The notes: generated by a model from the sequence alone, not told the origin. Positions 37,640 through 52,800 are shown, numbered from the stretch's first letter. The stretch is DNA of 64,000 nucleotides from Antedon mediterranea (GCF_964355755.1 NC_092677.1:13662101-13726100), one strand, 5' to 3'. Translations and numbers: made by a program.

Positions 37640-40600
37640 TTTTGCATAAATATTGAAAAATGTGTCTGTGTGTTTATTTCAATACATCATCAAAATACAT
37701 TGAGAATAAAAAAATATTGAAAAATGTATCATTCACAAAACATTGAGAATAAATAAATATTGAAAAATATGTATGCCTCTTTATTTCAATACATCATTCA
37801 CAATACATTGAGAATAAATAAATATTGAAAAATGTGTCTGTGTGTTTATTTCAATACATCATTCACAAACATTGAGTATAAATAAATATTGAAAAATGTG
37901 TCTGTGTGTTTATTTCAATACATCATTACAATACATTGAGAATAAATAAATATTGAAAAATGTGTCTGCATCTTTATTTCAATACATCATCACAATACAT
38001 TGAGAATAAATAAATATTGAAAAATGTGTCTGTGTTTATTTCAATACATCATCACAATACATTGAGAATAAATAAATATTGAAAAATGTGACTGTGTGTT
38101 TATTTCAATACATCATTCACAATACATTGAGAATAAATAAATATTAAAACATTTGTTGTCTTTATTTCAATACATCATCACAATACATTGAGAATAAATA
38201 AATATTGAAAATGTGTCTGTGTGTTTATTTCAATACATCATTCACAATACATTGAGAATAAATAAATATTGAAAAATGTGTCTTAGTGTTTATTTCAATA
38301 CATCATAAAAAAAAAAAATTAAGAATAAATAAATATTGAAAAATGTGTTATTGTTTATTTCAATAAATAAAATTTGTCTGTTTGTTTATTTCAATACATC
38401 ATCACAATATATTGAGAATAAATAAATATTGAAAAATGTTTCTGTCTTTATTTCAATACATCATCACAATACATTGAGAATAAATAAATATTGAAAATGT
38501 GTCTGTGTGGTTATTAAATACATCATCACTATACATTGAGAATAAATAAATATTGAAAAATGTGTCTTAGTGTTTATTTCAATCCATATGTTTACGTTAA
38601 GTTTGTACATTCCCGAAACCTTGAAATATCGGTATGGTGTCCGGCGGGGGATAGTTTCACCATGTAGTTTAAGTTCTATTTATTTATTATTAGCCGAAAT
38701 GGTTTAATTCATTTCAAAATAAATGTTTTTTATATATTTACAAATGACAATAAATTTACTTACTCATTCACAAAACATTGGGAAAAAAATAAATATTGAC
38801 AAATTTGTCTGTGTGTTTATTTATTTATTTATTTATTTATTACCATCTTTACTGAGGGTAGCCTATCCAGTTCCTAATGGAACTGATCATTTAGGGCCCT
38901 CGATAAAACATACACACAGTAAAACACATAAAATATTGAATATTCAAATGACATAAAATAGGCCTAAAAATTTTCAATACATCATTCACAAAACATTGAG
39001 AATAAATAAATATTGAAAAATTTGTCCGAGTGTTTATTTCAATACAACATTCACAAATATTGAGAATAAATAAATATTGAAAAATGTGTCTTTGTATTTA
39101 TTTCAATACATCTTTCACAAAACATTGAGAATAAATAAATATTGAAAAATGTGTATGCCTCTTTATTTCAATACATCATTCACAATACATTGAGAATAAA
39201 TAAATATTGAAAAATGTGTCTTAGTGTTTATTTCAATACATCATAAAAAAAAATTAAGAATAAATAAATATTGAAAAATGTGTTAGTGTTTATTTCAATA
39301 AATAAAATTTGTCTGTTTGTTTATTTCAATACATCATCACAATATTGAGAATAAATAAATATTTAAAAATGTTTCTGTCTTTATTTCAATACAACATTTG
39401 TTGTTTTTATTTCAATACATCATCACAATACATTGAGAATAAATAAATATTTAAAAATGCTTCTGTCTTTATTTCAATACAACATTTGTTGTTTTTATTT
39501 TAATACATCATCACAATACATTGAGAATAAATAAATATTGAAAAATGTGTCTGTGTGTTTATTTCAATACATCATCAAAAAAAAAATTAAGAATAAATAA
39601 ATATTGCAAAATGTGTTAGTGTTTATTTCAATAAATAAAATGTAGTGTTTATTTCAATAAATAAAATTTGTATGTTTGTTTATTTCAATACATCATCACA
39701 ATATATTGAGAATAAATAAATATTGAAAAATGTTTCTGTCTTTATTTCAATACATCATCACAATACATTGAGAATAAATATTGAAAAATGTGTCTGTGTG
39801 TTTATTTCAATACATCATCACAATATATTGAGAATAAACAAATATTAAAAAAGTGTGTCTGTGTGTTTATTTCTGTAGATCATCAAAATATATTGAGAAT
39901 AAATAAATATTGAAAAATTTGTCTGTGCGTTTATTTCAATACATCATCACAATACATTGAGAATAAATATATATTGAAAAATGTTTCTGTCTTTATTTCA
40001 ATACATCATTCACAAACATTGAGAATAAATAAATATTGAAAAATGTGTCTGTGTTTATTTCAATACATCATCACAATACATTGAGAATAAATAAATATTG
40101 AAAAATGTGTCTGTGTGTTTATTTCAATACATCTTTCACAAAACATTGAGAATAAATAAATATTAAAACATTTGTGCTTTTTATTTCAATACATCATCAC
40201 AATACATTGAGAATAAATAAATATTGAAAAATGTGTATGCCTCTTTATTTCAATACATCATTCACAATACATTGATAATAAATATATATTGAAAAATGTG
40301 TCTTTGTTTATTTCAATACATCATCACAATACATTGAGAATAAATAAATATTGAAAAATGTGTCTGTGTGTTTATTTCAAAACATCATCACAATACATTG
40401 AGAACAAATAAATATTGAAAAATGTGTCTGTGTGTTTATTTCAATACATCATTACAAAACATTGAGAATAAACAAATATTGAAAAATGTGTCTGTTTGTT
40501 AATTTCAATACATCATCAAAAAAAAAATTAAGAATAAATAAATATTGAAAAATGTGTCTGTGTGTTTATTTCAATACATTATCACAATACATTGAGAATA

Positions 40601-43600
40601 AATAAATATTAAAAATGTGTCTCTGTGGTTATTTAATACATCATCACTATACATTGAGAATAAATAAATATTGCAAAATGTGTCTTGGTGTTTATTTCAA
40701 TGACGCATGTTTATGTTAAGTTTGTACTTTCCCGAAACCTTGAAATACCGGTATGGTGTCCGGCGGGGTATAGTCTCACCATGTAGTTTAAGTTCTATTT
40801 ATTTATTATTAGCCGAAATGGTTCAATTCATTTCAAAATAAATGTTTTTTATATATTTACAAATGACAATAAATTTACTTACTCATTCTCAAAACATTGG
40901 GGAAAAAAAATAAATATTTACAAATTTGTCTGTGTGTTTATTTCAAAACATCATTCACAAAACATTGACAATAAATAAATATTGAAAAATGTGTCTGTGT
41001 TTATTTCAATACATCATCACAATACATTGAGAATAAATAAATATTGAAAAATGTGTCCGTGTTTATTTCAATACATCATCACAATACATTGAGAATAAAT
41101 AAATATTGAAAAATGTGTCTGTGTTTTTTTCAATACATCTTTCACAAAACATTGAGAATAAATAAATATTAAAACATTTGTTGTTTTTATTTCAATACAT
41201 CATCACAATACATTGAGAATAAATAAATATTGAAAAATGTGTCTGTGTTTATTTCAATACATCATCATAATACATTGAGAATAAATAAATATTGAAAAAT
41301 GTTTCTGTTTGTTTATTTCAATACATTATCACAATACATTGAGAATAAATAAATATTGAAAAATGTTTCTGTCTTTATTTCAATACATCACAATCCATTG
41401 AGAATAAATAAATATTGAAAAATGTGTCTGTGTTTTTATTTCAATTCCTCATCACAAACATTGAGAATAAATAAATATTGAAAAATGCGTCTGTGTTTAT
41501 TTCAATACATCATCACAATACATTGAGAATAAATAAATATTGGAAAATGTGTCCGTGTGTTTATTTTAATACATCATAAAAAAAATTTTAGAATAAATAA
41601 ATATTAAAAAATGTGTCTGTATTTATTTCAATACATCATCACAATACATTGAGAATAAATAAATATTGAAAAATGTGTCTGTGTTTATTTCAATACATCA
41701 TCACAATACATTGAGAATAAATAAATATTGAAAATTGTGTCTGTGTGTTTATTTCAATACATCATTCACAAAACATTGAGAATAAATAAATATTAAAAAA
41801 TGTGTCTGTGTGTTTATTTCAATACATCATCACTATACATTGAGAATAAATATATATTTAAAAAATGTGTCTGTGTCTTTATTTCAATACATCATCACAA
41901 ACATTGAGAATAAATAAATATTGAAAAATGTGTCTGTGTGTTTATTTCAATACATCATCACAATACATTGAGAATAAATAAATATTGAAAAATGTGTCTG
42001 TGTTTATTTCAATACATCATCACAATACATTGAGAATAAATAAATATTGAAAATTGTGTCTGTGTGTTTATTTCAATACATCATTCACAAAACATTGAGA
42101 ATAAATAAATATTAAAAAATGTGTCTGTGTCTTTATTTCAATACATCATCACAAACATTGAGAATAAATAAATATTGAAAAATGTGTCTGTGTGTTTATT
42201 TCAATACATCATCACTATACATTGAGAATAAATAAATATTGAAAAATTTGTCTTAGTGTTTATTTCAATACATCATCACTATACATTGAGAACAAATAAA
42301 TATTGAAAAATGTGTCTGTGTGTTTATTTTAATACATCATTCATAATACATTGAGAATAAATAAATATTGAAAAATGTGTCTGCGTATTTATTTCAATAC
42401 ATCATTCACAAACATTGAGAATAAATAAATATTGAAAAATTTGTCTGTGTGTTTATTTCAATACATAATCACAATAGATTGAGAATAAATATAATTATAT
42501 TGAAAAATGTGTCTGTGTGTTTATTTCAATACATCATTACAAAACATTGAGAATAAACAAATATTGAAAAATGTGTCTGTTTGTTAATTTCAATACATCA
42601 TCAAAAAATTAAATATTGAAAATGTGTCTGTGTGGTTATTTAATACATCATCACTATACATTGAGAATAAATAAATATTGAAAAATGTGTCTTAGTGTTT
42701 ATTTCAATGACACATGTTTACGTTAAGTTTGTACTTTCCCGAAACCTTGAAATACCGGTATGGTGTCCGGCGGGGGATAGTTTCACCATGTAGTTTAAGT
42801 TCTATTTATTTATTATTAGCCGAAATGGTTTAATTCATTTCAAATTAAATGTTTTTTATATATTTACAAATGACAATAAATGTACTTACTCATTCACAAA
42901 ACATTGGGGAAAAAAAAATATTGACAAATTTGTCTGTGTGTTTATTTCAGTACATCATTCACAAAACATTGAGAATAAATAAATATTAAAAATGTGTCTG
43001 CGTATTTATTTCAATACATCATTCACAAACATTGAGAATAAATACATATTGAAAAATTTGTCTGTTTATTTCAATACATCATTCACAAAACATTGAGAAT
43101 AAATAAATATTGGAAAATGTGTATGTGTGTTTATTTCAATACATCATTCACAATACATTGAGAATAAATAAATATTGAAAAATTTGTCTGTGCGTTTATT
43201 TCAATACATCATCACAATACATTGAGAATAAATATATATTGAAAAATGTTTCTGTCTTTTTTCAATACATCATTCACAAACATTGAGAATAAATAAATAT
43301 TGAAAAATGTTTCTGTCTTTTTTTCAATACATCATTCACAAACATTGAGAATAAATAAATATTGAAAAATTTGTCTGTGCGTTTATTTCAATACATCATT
43401 CACAAACATTGAGAATAAATAAATATTGAAAAATTTGTCTGTGCGTTTATTTCAATAAATCATCACAATACATTGAGAATAAATAAATATTGAAAAATGT
43501 TTGTCTTTTTTCAATACATCATTCACAAACATTGAGAATAAATAAATATTGAAAAATGTTTCTGTCTTTTTTTCAATACATCATTCACAAACATTGAGAA

Positions 43601-46275
43601 TAACTAAATATTGAAAAATTTGTCTGTGTGTTTATTTCAATACATCATCACAAAACATTGAGAATAAATAAATATTAAAAAATGTGTCTGTGTCTTTATT
43701 TCAATACAACATTCACAAACATTGGGAATAAATAAATATTAAAACATTTGTTGTTTTTATTTCAATACATCATCACAATACATTGAGAATAAATAAATAT
43801 TGAAAAATGTGTCTGTGTTTATTTCCATACATCATCACAATACATTGAGAATAAATGAATATTGAAAAATGTGTCTGCGTATTTATTTCAATACATCATT
43901 CACAAACATTGAGAATAATTAAATATTGAAAAATTTGTCTGCGTTTATTTCAATACATCATCACAATACATTGAGAATAAATAAATATTGAAAATTGTGT
44001 CTGCTTACTTATTTCATTACATCATTCACAAACATTTAGAATAAATATATATTGAAAAATGTGTCTGTGTTTTATTTCAATACATCATCACAAACATTGA
44101 GAATAAATAAATATTGAAAAATGTTTCTGTCTTTTTTTCAATACATCATTCACAAACATTGAGAATAAATAAATTTTGAAAAATGTTTCTGTCTTTTTTT
44201 CAATACATCATTCACAAACATTGAGAATAAATACATATTGAAAAATTTGTCTGTTTATTTCAATACATCATTCACAAAACATTGAGAATAAATAAATATT
44301 GGAAAATGTGTATGTGTGTTTATTTCAATACATCATTCACAATACATTGAGAATAAATAAATATTGAAAAATTTGTCTGTGCGTTTATTTCAATACATCA
44401 TCACAATACATTGAGAATAAATATATATTGAAAATTGTGTCTGCGTACTTATTTCATTACATGATTCACAAACATTGACAATGAATATATATTGAAAAAT
44501 GTGTCTGTGTTTTATTTCAATACATCATCACAAACATTGAGAATAAATAAATATTGAAAAATGTTTCTGTCTTTTTTCAATACATCATTCACAAACATTG
44601 AGAATAAATAAATATTGAAAAATGTTTCTGTCTTTTTTTCAATACATCATTCACAAACATTGAGAATAAATAAATATTGAAAAATTTGTCTGTGCGTTTA
44701 TTTCAATACATCATTCACAAACATTGAGAATAAATAAATATTGAAAAATTTGTCTGTGCGTTTATTTCAATAAATCATCACAATACATTGAGAATAAATA
44801 AATATTGAAAAATGTTTGTCTTTTTTCAATACATCATTCACAAACATTGAGAATAAATAAATATTGAAAAATGTTTCTGTCTTTTTTTCAATACATCATT
44901 CACAAACATTGAGAATAACTAAATATTGAAAAATTTGTCTGTGTGTTTATTTCAATACATCATCACAAAACATTGAGAATAAATAAATATTAAAAAATGT
45001 GTCTGTGTCTTTATTTCAATACAACATTCACAAACATTGGGAATAAATAAATATTAAAACATTTGTTGTTTTTATTTCAATACATCATCACAATACATTG
45101 AGAATAAATAAATATTGAAAAATGTGTCTGTGTTTATTTCCATACATCATCACAATACATTGAGAATAAATGAATATTGAAAAATGTGTCTGCGTATTTA
45201 TTTCAATACATCATTCACAAACATTGAGAATAATTAAATATTGAAAAATTTGTCTGTGTTTATTTCAATACATCATCACAATACATTGAGAATAAATAAA
45301 TATTGAAAATTGTGTCTGTGTGTTTATTTCAATACATCATTCACAAAACATTGAGAATAAATATATATTGAAAAATGTGTCTGTGTTTTATTTCAATACA
45401 TCATCACAAACATTGAGAATAAATAAATATTGAAAAATGTTTCTGTCTTTTTTTCAATACATCATTCACAAACATTGAGAATAAATAAATTTTGAAAAAT
45501 GTTTCTGTCTTTTTTTCAATACATCATTCACAAACATTGAGAATAAATAAATATTGAAAAATGTTCTGTCTTTTTTTCAATACATCATTCACAAACATTG
45601 AGAATAAATAAATATTGAAAAATTTGTCTGTGTCTTTATTTCAATACAACATTCACAAACATTGGGAATAAATAAATATTGAAAAATGTGTCTGTGTGTT
45701 TATTTCAATACATCATCACAATACATTGAGAATAAATAAATATTGAAAAATGTGTCTGTATGTTTATTTCCATACATCATCACAATACATTGAGAATAAA
45801 TGAATATTGAAAAATGTGTCTGCGTATTTATTTCAATACATCATTCACAAACATTGAGAATAAATAAATATTGAAAAATTTGTCTGCGTTTATTTCAATA
45901 CATCATCACAATACATTGAGAATAAATATATATTTAAAAAATGTGTCTGCCTCTTTATTTCAATAAATAAATTCACAAACATTGAGAATAAATAAATATT
46001 GAAAAATGCGTCTGTGTTTTATTTCAATACATCATCACAAACATTGAGAATAAATAAATATTGAAAAATGTTTCTGTCTTTATTTCAATACATCATTCAC
46101 AAACATTGAGAATAAATAAATATTGAAAAATGTGTCTGCGTATTTATTTCAATACATCATTCACAATACATTGAGAAAAAATATTTAAAAATATGTCCGT
46201 GTTTATTTCATTACATCATCAAAAAAATATTGAGAATATATAAATATTGACAAATGTGTCTGTGTGTTTATTCAT
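37640..46275. repeat. AT-rich satellite, ~62-64 bp unit, well over 100 copies, with higher-order structure
   Basis: Unit AATACATTGAGAATAAATAAATATTGAAAAATGTGTCTGTG(TG)TTTATTTCAATACATCATCAC. Interrupted three times by the same ~185-bp block. Confidence 0.97.
38817..38970 (-). mobile_element. 3' end of a LINE or SINE inserted into the satellite
   Basis: (TTTA)n tail 38817-38841 next to a stem-loop GAGGG..CCTA..CAGTTCC-TAAT-GGAACTG..TAGGGCCCTC. Absent from the other two higher-order copies. Confidence 0.65.
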
Positions 46276-46682
46276 TTCTTGTAAGTAAGAATTTTAAATG
46301 TTACATTATAGGTTTAATATATTATTTCGGTGACTAAATATTTTGAACTTTCAGTCAATACAATTTGAGGACAGTGCTGATTATATTGTGCGTAGATTTT
46401 TTACAATTTTAACTAAATAAGTTATTTTAATTAGGCCTAGTCCAGGTAGTTAATTTAGATTACAATTTAAAAGTGAGTTGGATAGTGGCGGGAGTGGTGA
46501 GTATTTGTATTTAGACATCATCTTCAATTACCTAATTTCCAAACTTTTGTAACAAAAATAATTTTCTGATGCCTTTCTCAATTTTAAAAATCACAAAAAA
46601 ATATTTATAAATGTATTAACGCACCCTCTGTGGGAAAGATACTTTTATCATTTCATATTGGCATCGGTGTGTTCCGACCGAG

Positions 46683-49173
46683 ATGTGTGTTTTTTCTTTG
46701 GTTTGCAGTTTCTGGACTAGATGTTTGAGTTTGTATGACAGCGTCCAAGTAAGACAAACAAAACAAGGAACTAAAAATATTTTTTGAAAATAATTATGTT
46801 ATTCCTCTTTTTTCTTTAAAAGGTGCTAATTCCAGAACAGACTACATAAATGAGGTATGTGTTTATTGGTAAGTTTATTTATGGTAAATATTTATTAAGG
46901 CAAGTTAGAAATGTGCATTATTTTGATATATGTTTCTTCTCTATTATCTGTAATAGATCTTGATGATATAGGTGTTTGTTTCACTCATCAAGATGGTAGG
47001 AGTCCTGAAGAATTGCGATGGCTAACCATGACAGGACAACCAATATGCTACACTGCAACTTGTCATTTAAAGTTGGGTACCAATCACAGGTAATGATGTG
47101 TACAGTCATAACTACAGTTTTTCTTTACCTAGCACTCACCAGCAGATTTTTTGCTGTACCAATGCCATACTCAATTAGAAATGGGGACATATTCAGAATA
47201 AGTGTGGTAGACATGGTGGTAAGTATAAAGTGCATTGATCTAGTATTTGTTTTCCTCAAGCTTTCTTTTTAGGTCTTGGTATAGGTTTCTTGTTGTGCTA
47301 CTTGGATTAACAGGGCAAGTCCCAGAGATTAACACTAGAATGGAGCTCATTGGAGATATTAATGTCAGATTTCAGGATTGCAAAAACCGTGAGTATTAAA
47401 ATATTAATTATTATCTGTGTACCTCTCTCCCCAAGCACTCTTTTCAGATTTTGCCACTGTAGGCCTACAGATTGCAAACAATGTAAGTATTGCATTCTTA
47501 TATAGGGGCAGAAATTCCAGAAAATATCAAGAAGAATTAAAGATCATTGGCTTACTGCAACACAGGATTACAGGATATCACACTGCATTCTCAACGGATC
47601 TTGCTTTATTAGACATTTATGATAATATAACTAAAGCCCTAAGTAATGATAAATTTACTATTGGACTTTTCCTTGACTTGTCAAAGGCATTTGACACCAT
47701 TAACCATGGTATCCTTCTATATAAACTTAGACATTATGGAGTCAGAGGCTTCCTCTTCAACTCATTACAAGTTATCTATCTAATCGTTACCAATTTACCT
47801 CTGTCAATTCCTTTATTTCTAGTTACTCGCTTATTACATGTGGATTTCCCCAAGGCTCAATCTTAGACCCACTTTTATTTTCTATTTTCGTTAACGACAT
47901 ACCCTCCAGCTCTAGAATACTCAAATTTATTCTTTTTGCCGATGATACTAACATATTTTATTCACATTCTAATCTTAACACTTTATTTAATATCATGAAC
48001 ATTGAACTTTGTAACATATCAAACTGGTTAAAATGCAACAAATTAATTCTTAACATATCCAAAACCAATTACATTATTTTTTCAAAACCTAAAGCCAAAA
48101 CAAAAACAGATAAAAATATATACATTGATAAAATGCTAATTAACCATGTTCATGAAATCAAGTTCCTTGGTGTCACTATTGACTCAAATTTGACGTGGAA
48201 GCAACATATTAATACGACCAGTAGCTTGATCGCTAGAAACATAGGTATAATTAACAAACTTAAACATCTACTCCCTCAACAAATCCTACTCACATTATAC
48301 AATGTCTTAGTTTTACCTTATCTTTCATATATTAATTTAAGTTGGGCCGTTACCTTAGATAAGTTAGATACATTGTGCCCATGGCTTAGTAATGAGACTA
48401 CCCATATTGACTGCTGGTTCAAATTACAAAAACGTGCTTTACGTATTTGTGCAGGGCAATCTTATAGATCACATTCAAAATTACTTTTTTTATAAGCTTA
48501 ACGTTCTAAACATTTATGATTTGAATAAGCTTCAGATAGCTCTATTTATGTTCCGCTTATCTAAAAATATCTTGCCTTTTCATATAAGTTCTCTATTTTC
48601 AAAAACTGCTGAAGGTCATACACATAACACTAGAAGTTCGATAAATAATTTTATTCCTGATAAGTCGTTTTATAAGCCCCGTCGTCACTCTGTTTTTTAT
48701 GTTGGACCTAAGGTCTGGAGAGTTATCTCACAAGAGTTAAAAAGAAAATGTACAGTCTCTAGTTTTAAATACAACTACAAAAAGCTTTTAGTCTCTGAAT
48801 ATAATAAATAATTTATTAGTACTTAAATACTACGTAACTTATTATTACTTGTGCAAATGCTAAAGTTTAAAACACTTATGATTCATTTTATTAACTTATA
48901 CTCTGTTTTCTTATTTACTTTTAAAATTTTTTATTTTACTTATGTATTTTTACTTCTTATTTTATATTCTTACTATGTATTAATTACTCGTCATACTTGA
49001 TAATGTTTATTGTATCTTTTCTGGTGGGTAAGCCTTAAAGTTCTTTGAACTTATTTGCCCACCAGCCACACATCTTTCTTGTATATATATGTTTATTGTT
49101 ACTTAATTATCATATTCATTTTGTGTGGAAAATCAATAAAAAACAAACAAAACAAACTGCATTCTAAACTGTA
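46683..49173 (+). pseudogene. Compact multi-exon gene relic of unknown function, split by a LINE
   Basis: Regular GT-AG bounded blocks 46823-46854, 46957-47089, 47133-47218, 47273-47388, 47448-47482, 47506-47559 plus 49162-49173. The last three read in one frame, but earlier phases are inconsistent and some introns are very short. Confidence 0.35.
47560..49155 (+). mobile_element. 5'-truncated, frameshifted LINE (L2/Crack-like RT)
   Basis: STDLALL, FLDLSKAFDTINH, GFPQGSIL, FADDT, KFLGVTID..LTWK.HI across ORFs 47417, 47995 and 48392. 3' hairpin CTGGTGGG...CCCACCAG (49021-49065), (AAAC)n tail, TSD ACTGCA (47554-47559, 49156-49161). Confidence 0.9.
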
Positions 49174-49556
49174 AGTAGACTAATCGTACATTATTACCAC
49201 ATTATGGTTTTTTGTTACAATAATTGTGTAACCTAAATGATGATATTTTCAATCATTATCTAATCTGTTTTTTTTTATTGTATAAATTAATTGCTTTTAC
49301 AGATTTCAGTAACAACTGTAACCAAAACAATAATTCATTCATTAACTAAAATGCTACTGTTTTTTTAAAAATAAATTATTTTTATTCAGGTAATAAATGG
49401 GAAATTCAGTGATATTATATCATTGGCAAATTTGTAGGCCTATTGGTTTTATAAAATAATATATTATATATAAATAAATTATTGATTGTTGCTCTTTTTA
49501 AAAAATAATGATAATGTTTTCCTTTTGTTTGATAAATATACTTGATTTTCTAGGTA

Positions 49557-49650
49557 TTTTTAGTCGGGTGCAAACGCGACTCTAAGCTTACTATGTCGGT
49601 TGGTCGGTCGGTCCGTTGGTGGATCGGTAAACACTAACTCAAATTTTATT
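49557..49650 (+). mobile_element. Helentron-associated (HINE/DINE-like) element head
   Basis: TTTTTAGTCGGGTGC...GCGACTCTA..CTTACTATGTCGG(TCGG)n, similar to the head at 62702. Confidence 0.6.
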
Positions 49651-49869
49651 TCATAGGTTTTTTTTCCTATATATATTTTCAATGTTTTTCTTAGTAATTC
49701 TTGATAAATATGTTAATATTTTAATATTTTTGTGGGTAAATAATTTAAATGTTTTATGCATTTTTCTAACAAATGATCTAGTTTATTGACTTTTTGTTGA
49801 TTAAATAATGATTGCTTTTCTAGGTTTTTTATTCATAAATATGTACTTTTTATATACTTTCTTATATAG

Positions 49870-52800
49870 ATATACCTTCTCATTTAGCAGGTCCATGACC
49901 GTCTTCTTGCTCGATTCTTCACTGTTGCTTCTTTTATTCAGAATATGTATTCTTTTTTTAATATTATATCCATTATATAAATATTATTCCTTCCTTTCCT
50001 TGTTTTACCACATATCTTCATAATATCATAATTTTCAATAGTTCTTCTCTATTTCTATGTCATCAATTGCTTTTGCTGCTCCACTATCATTTTCATTATA
50101 TGCTTCTCCACCCCTACTTCATTAAATATATCCTCATTCCTTCTGTGTGGAGTATAATGAAACATTTTCTTTCCCTGTAATCCATGTTTCGCATCCATAC
50201 AATCAACGTACCATACCCCTGATTTAACCATATCTTTTCTTGTTTTAATGCTTGCCTTGTCAGAAATAGAATTCCCTTTGCCCTTTCTATCCACCTTATT
50301 ATCTATCTATTTCTACCATGTTCTGTCTACCATTTTTCTCCTAAAGAGTAAGATCGATGTAACTTGTTCATCAATATATGTTTCTATTTTCTTATAAACA
50401 CACACAGGACCGTAAGGTTTCAACCCTACCACTTTTTGACAGACCTTTGACTATACCCTGTGTCCCGAAAAGGGGATTTGTTCCATCTTTTTGTGATCAC
50501 CTCACCACTTCCATTCTCGGGGTTTGGCACTGTCACATGATGTTAATTTTTCTATTATTGGTCTTTTCCTTCCATTATTTTTCCTTCTTCATTTATGTTA
50601 TTCATTATTTGCGATTACCACCTTGTCATCAGCCAATTTTTTTGTTTGTTCTAATTGTGCCCTCTGCTACTTTGACTCGACCTTTAGGACAAATGCTTCC
50701 TCGTAGAAATTCCATAATTCCTCCTCAACGCCTCTACACATCTTTGTTCTTTTTGATTATTCTCCCTCTTCTCTTCATATAGCTCCCATAATAAACGCCT
50801 GTAATCAACAATAGTTTTGTATTAAATATGCATCATTTCTAACCACTTTATCCTATAAAAGGTATTTTCATAACTTTTAAAACAGATGTATAGTTCATTG
50901 TCATGTCAATTTTTTCTCATCAAAAACACCCCATCCTTTCATCATTTACTTCTTCCTCTTTTAGAGATAACATTTTGTTTTGTTTCTGATCTGCTGCATA
51001 TAGGTAATCTATATAGTACTTTCCATCTGTGACTGCAAATAAAGATTCTAGTTAATATAGTTCCTTCTAATATCAATAATAATGTCCTTTCTCTTTTGAT
51101 AATTCCTGCTAATTATTTCACTGATTTCCTTCCTATTTTCTATGATTAATCAATTTCCTTACACTTTCTACTGATATCCAGTCTTTCTTTTCCTTGTCAG
51201 TTATTCACCATAGCTGTTAAGACTTTGGTAATTGTTTTTATTTTACCATTCCTTCCCTCACCCATATGTAAGAAAATCATCTCTTCAGTAATTCATGGAT
51301 TTTTTGGCTTCTACTGTAGCTTTTTGGCGTCATTGATATGCTTAATTGCACTGTTACTTTCTTCATAATCCATTTTCCTTCAGTTTTTTGCCTTTTATCT
51401 AGTATCTTAATTTCCTGTTGAGTGGAAAGGCAAATTACTGAAAAAATGACAATGCTGTGGGTATCAGTGGCTGGATCTCAATGGAGATACAAAAATAAAA
51501 AGCGAAAAGCTAAATCAAAACGATAAAGTAAACAGCCAGAAAAGTTAGCAGAGCTTTCGGGCAACACTAGCCCTTCATCAGTGCAAGTGAAGGAATTTGG
51601 ATAACGTCATAGTATAAAGCTGGCAAGTGCTGCCTGGGTGGACAGGAATAAAAGAAATATATGTGTATTAAGTGCCCTCTGCTCCTTTGACTCCTTTAGT
51701 ACAAATGCTTCTGCTCGTAGAAATTCCTTGTATATAATATAAATTAGGCAACATAATTCCTCCTTGACACCTCTACACATCTTTGTTCTTTTTGATTTAA
51801 TACTCTCCCTCCTTTCTTCATATAGCTCCCAAAATAAATGCCTGTAATCAACAAAAAGTTTGTTTAAAATATGCATCATTTCTAACCACTTTATACTATA
51901 AAATTTCATAATTTTCAAAACAGATGTATAGTTCATTGTCATGTTCTTGTGACATTTCTCCCATTACACGTAAAAATAGCATCTCTTGTACCTTTGCTTT
52001 TAACAAACCCAATTGATAATTTACTGTACAATATAATCTGAGAATAATAATGTCAGTCAACTATTCATTGCTCTGAGCTTTATTTTAGAAGTATAGATCT
52101 AGTATATGTTTAATTATACTTACAGTTATGTGTTCCTCACATCTCTGTAGGTTTATCTTTGATTCTAACCATATACCGTACCTTATTTTTAGACTCTACA
52201 GCTCACTATGTTGGTTGGTCGGTAAACACTAACTCAAATTTGCGCATGCGACTGCAGCCATGTATATGGCCTTGTTAAGTTCAGTTATTTTTGTTTCTCC
52301 TTAATTTGCTTTAGCATGTATTCCATATCTATTCCTCCCGCCTTTCCAATATTTAGTTTTTCCTAGCCTTCCTCATCTCACACCCCATCCTTTCATCATT
52401 TACTTTGTCTCTGATCTGCGGCATATATGTATTCTATATATTCTTTCCATCTGCGACTTACATAAAGATTCCAGTTAATATAGTTCCTTCTAATATCCAT
52501 AATAATGTCGTTTCTCTTTTGATAATTCCTGCTAATTATTTCACTGCTAATTTCCTTAAAGATTCCACTTCTTTTTTAATATCCTTCATCATAATAGAAA
52601 CAAGGCTGTGGTGTGAACCAACATCAGCTCCGGGATAGCTATGGCAATTTTTTACTGCATCTTGTATCTCTCTATAAATTGTTCTTCCTTGCAAAACCAA
52701 ATTTTGAAAATTACAAACTTATAGATATTAGCAAATGCCATTAATTTATCTATCTCCTCTGCCCATTTTATAGTTCATTTTCTTTTTGATAGTAATCCAG

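Noticed and set aside
37640-46275. CRISPR-like array (palindromic repeat with a variable part)
   Set aside because: Variable parts are mutated versions of one sequence rather than unique spacers, there are no cas genes, and the context is eukaryotic.
50378-50782. 134-aa hydrophobic ORF
   Set aside because: Antisense to decayed RTE-like sequence. The hydrophobicity reflects T-richness.
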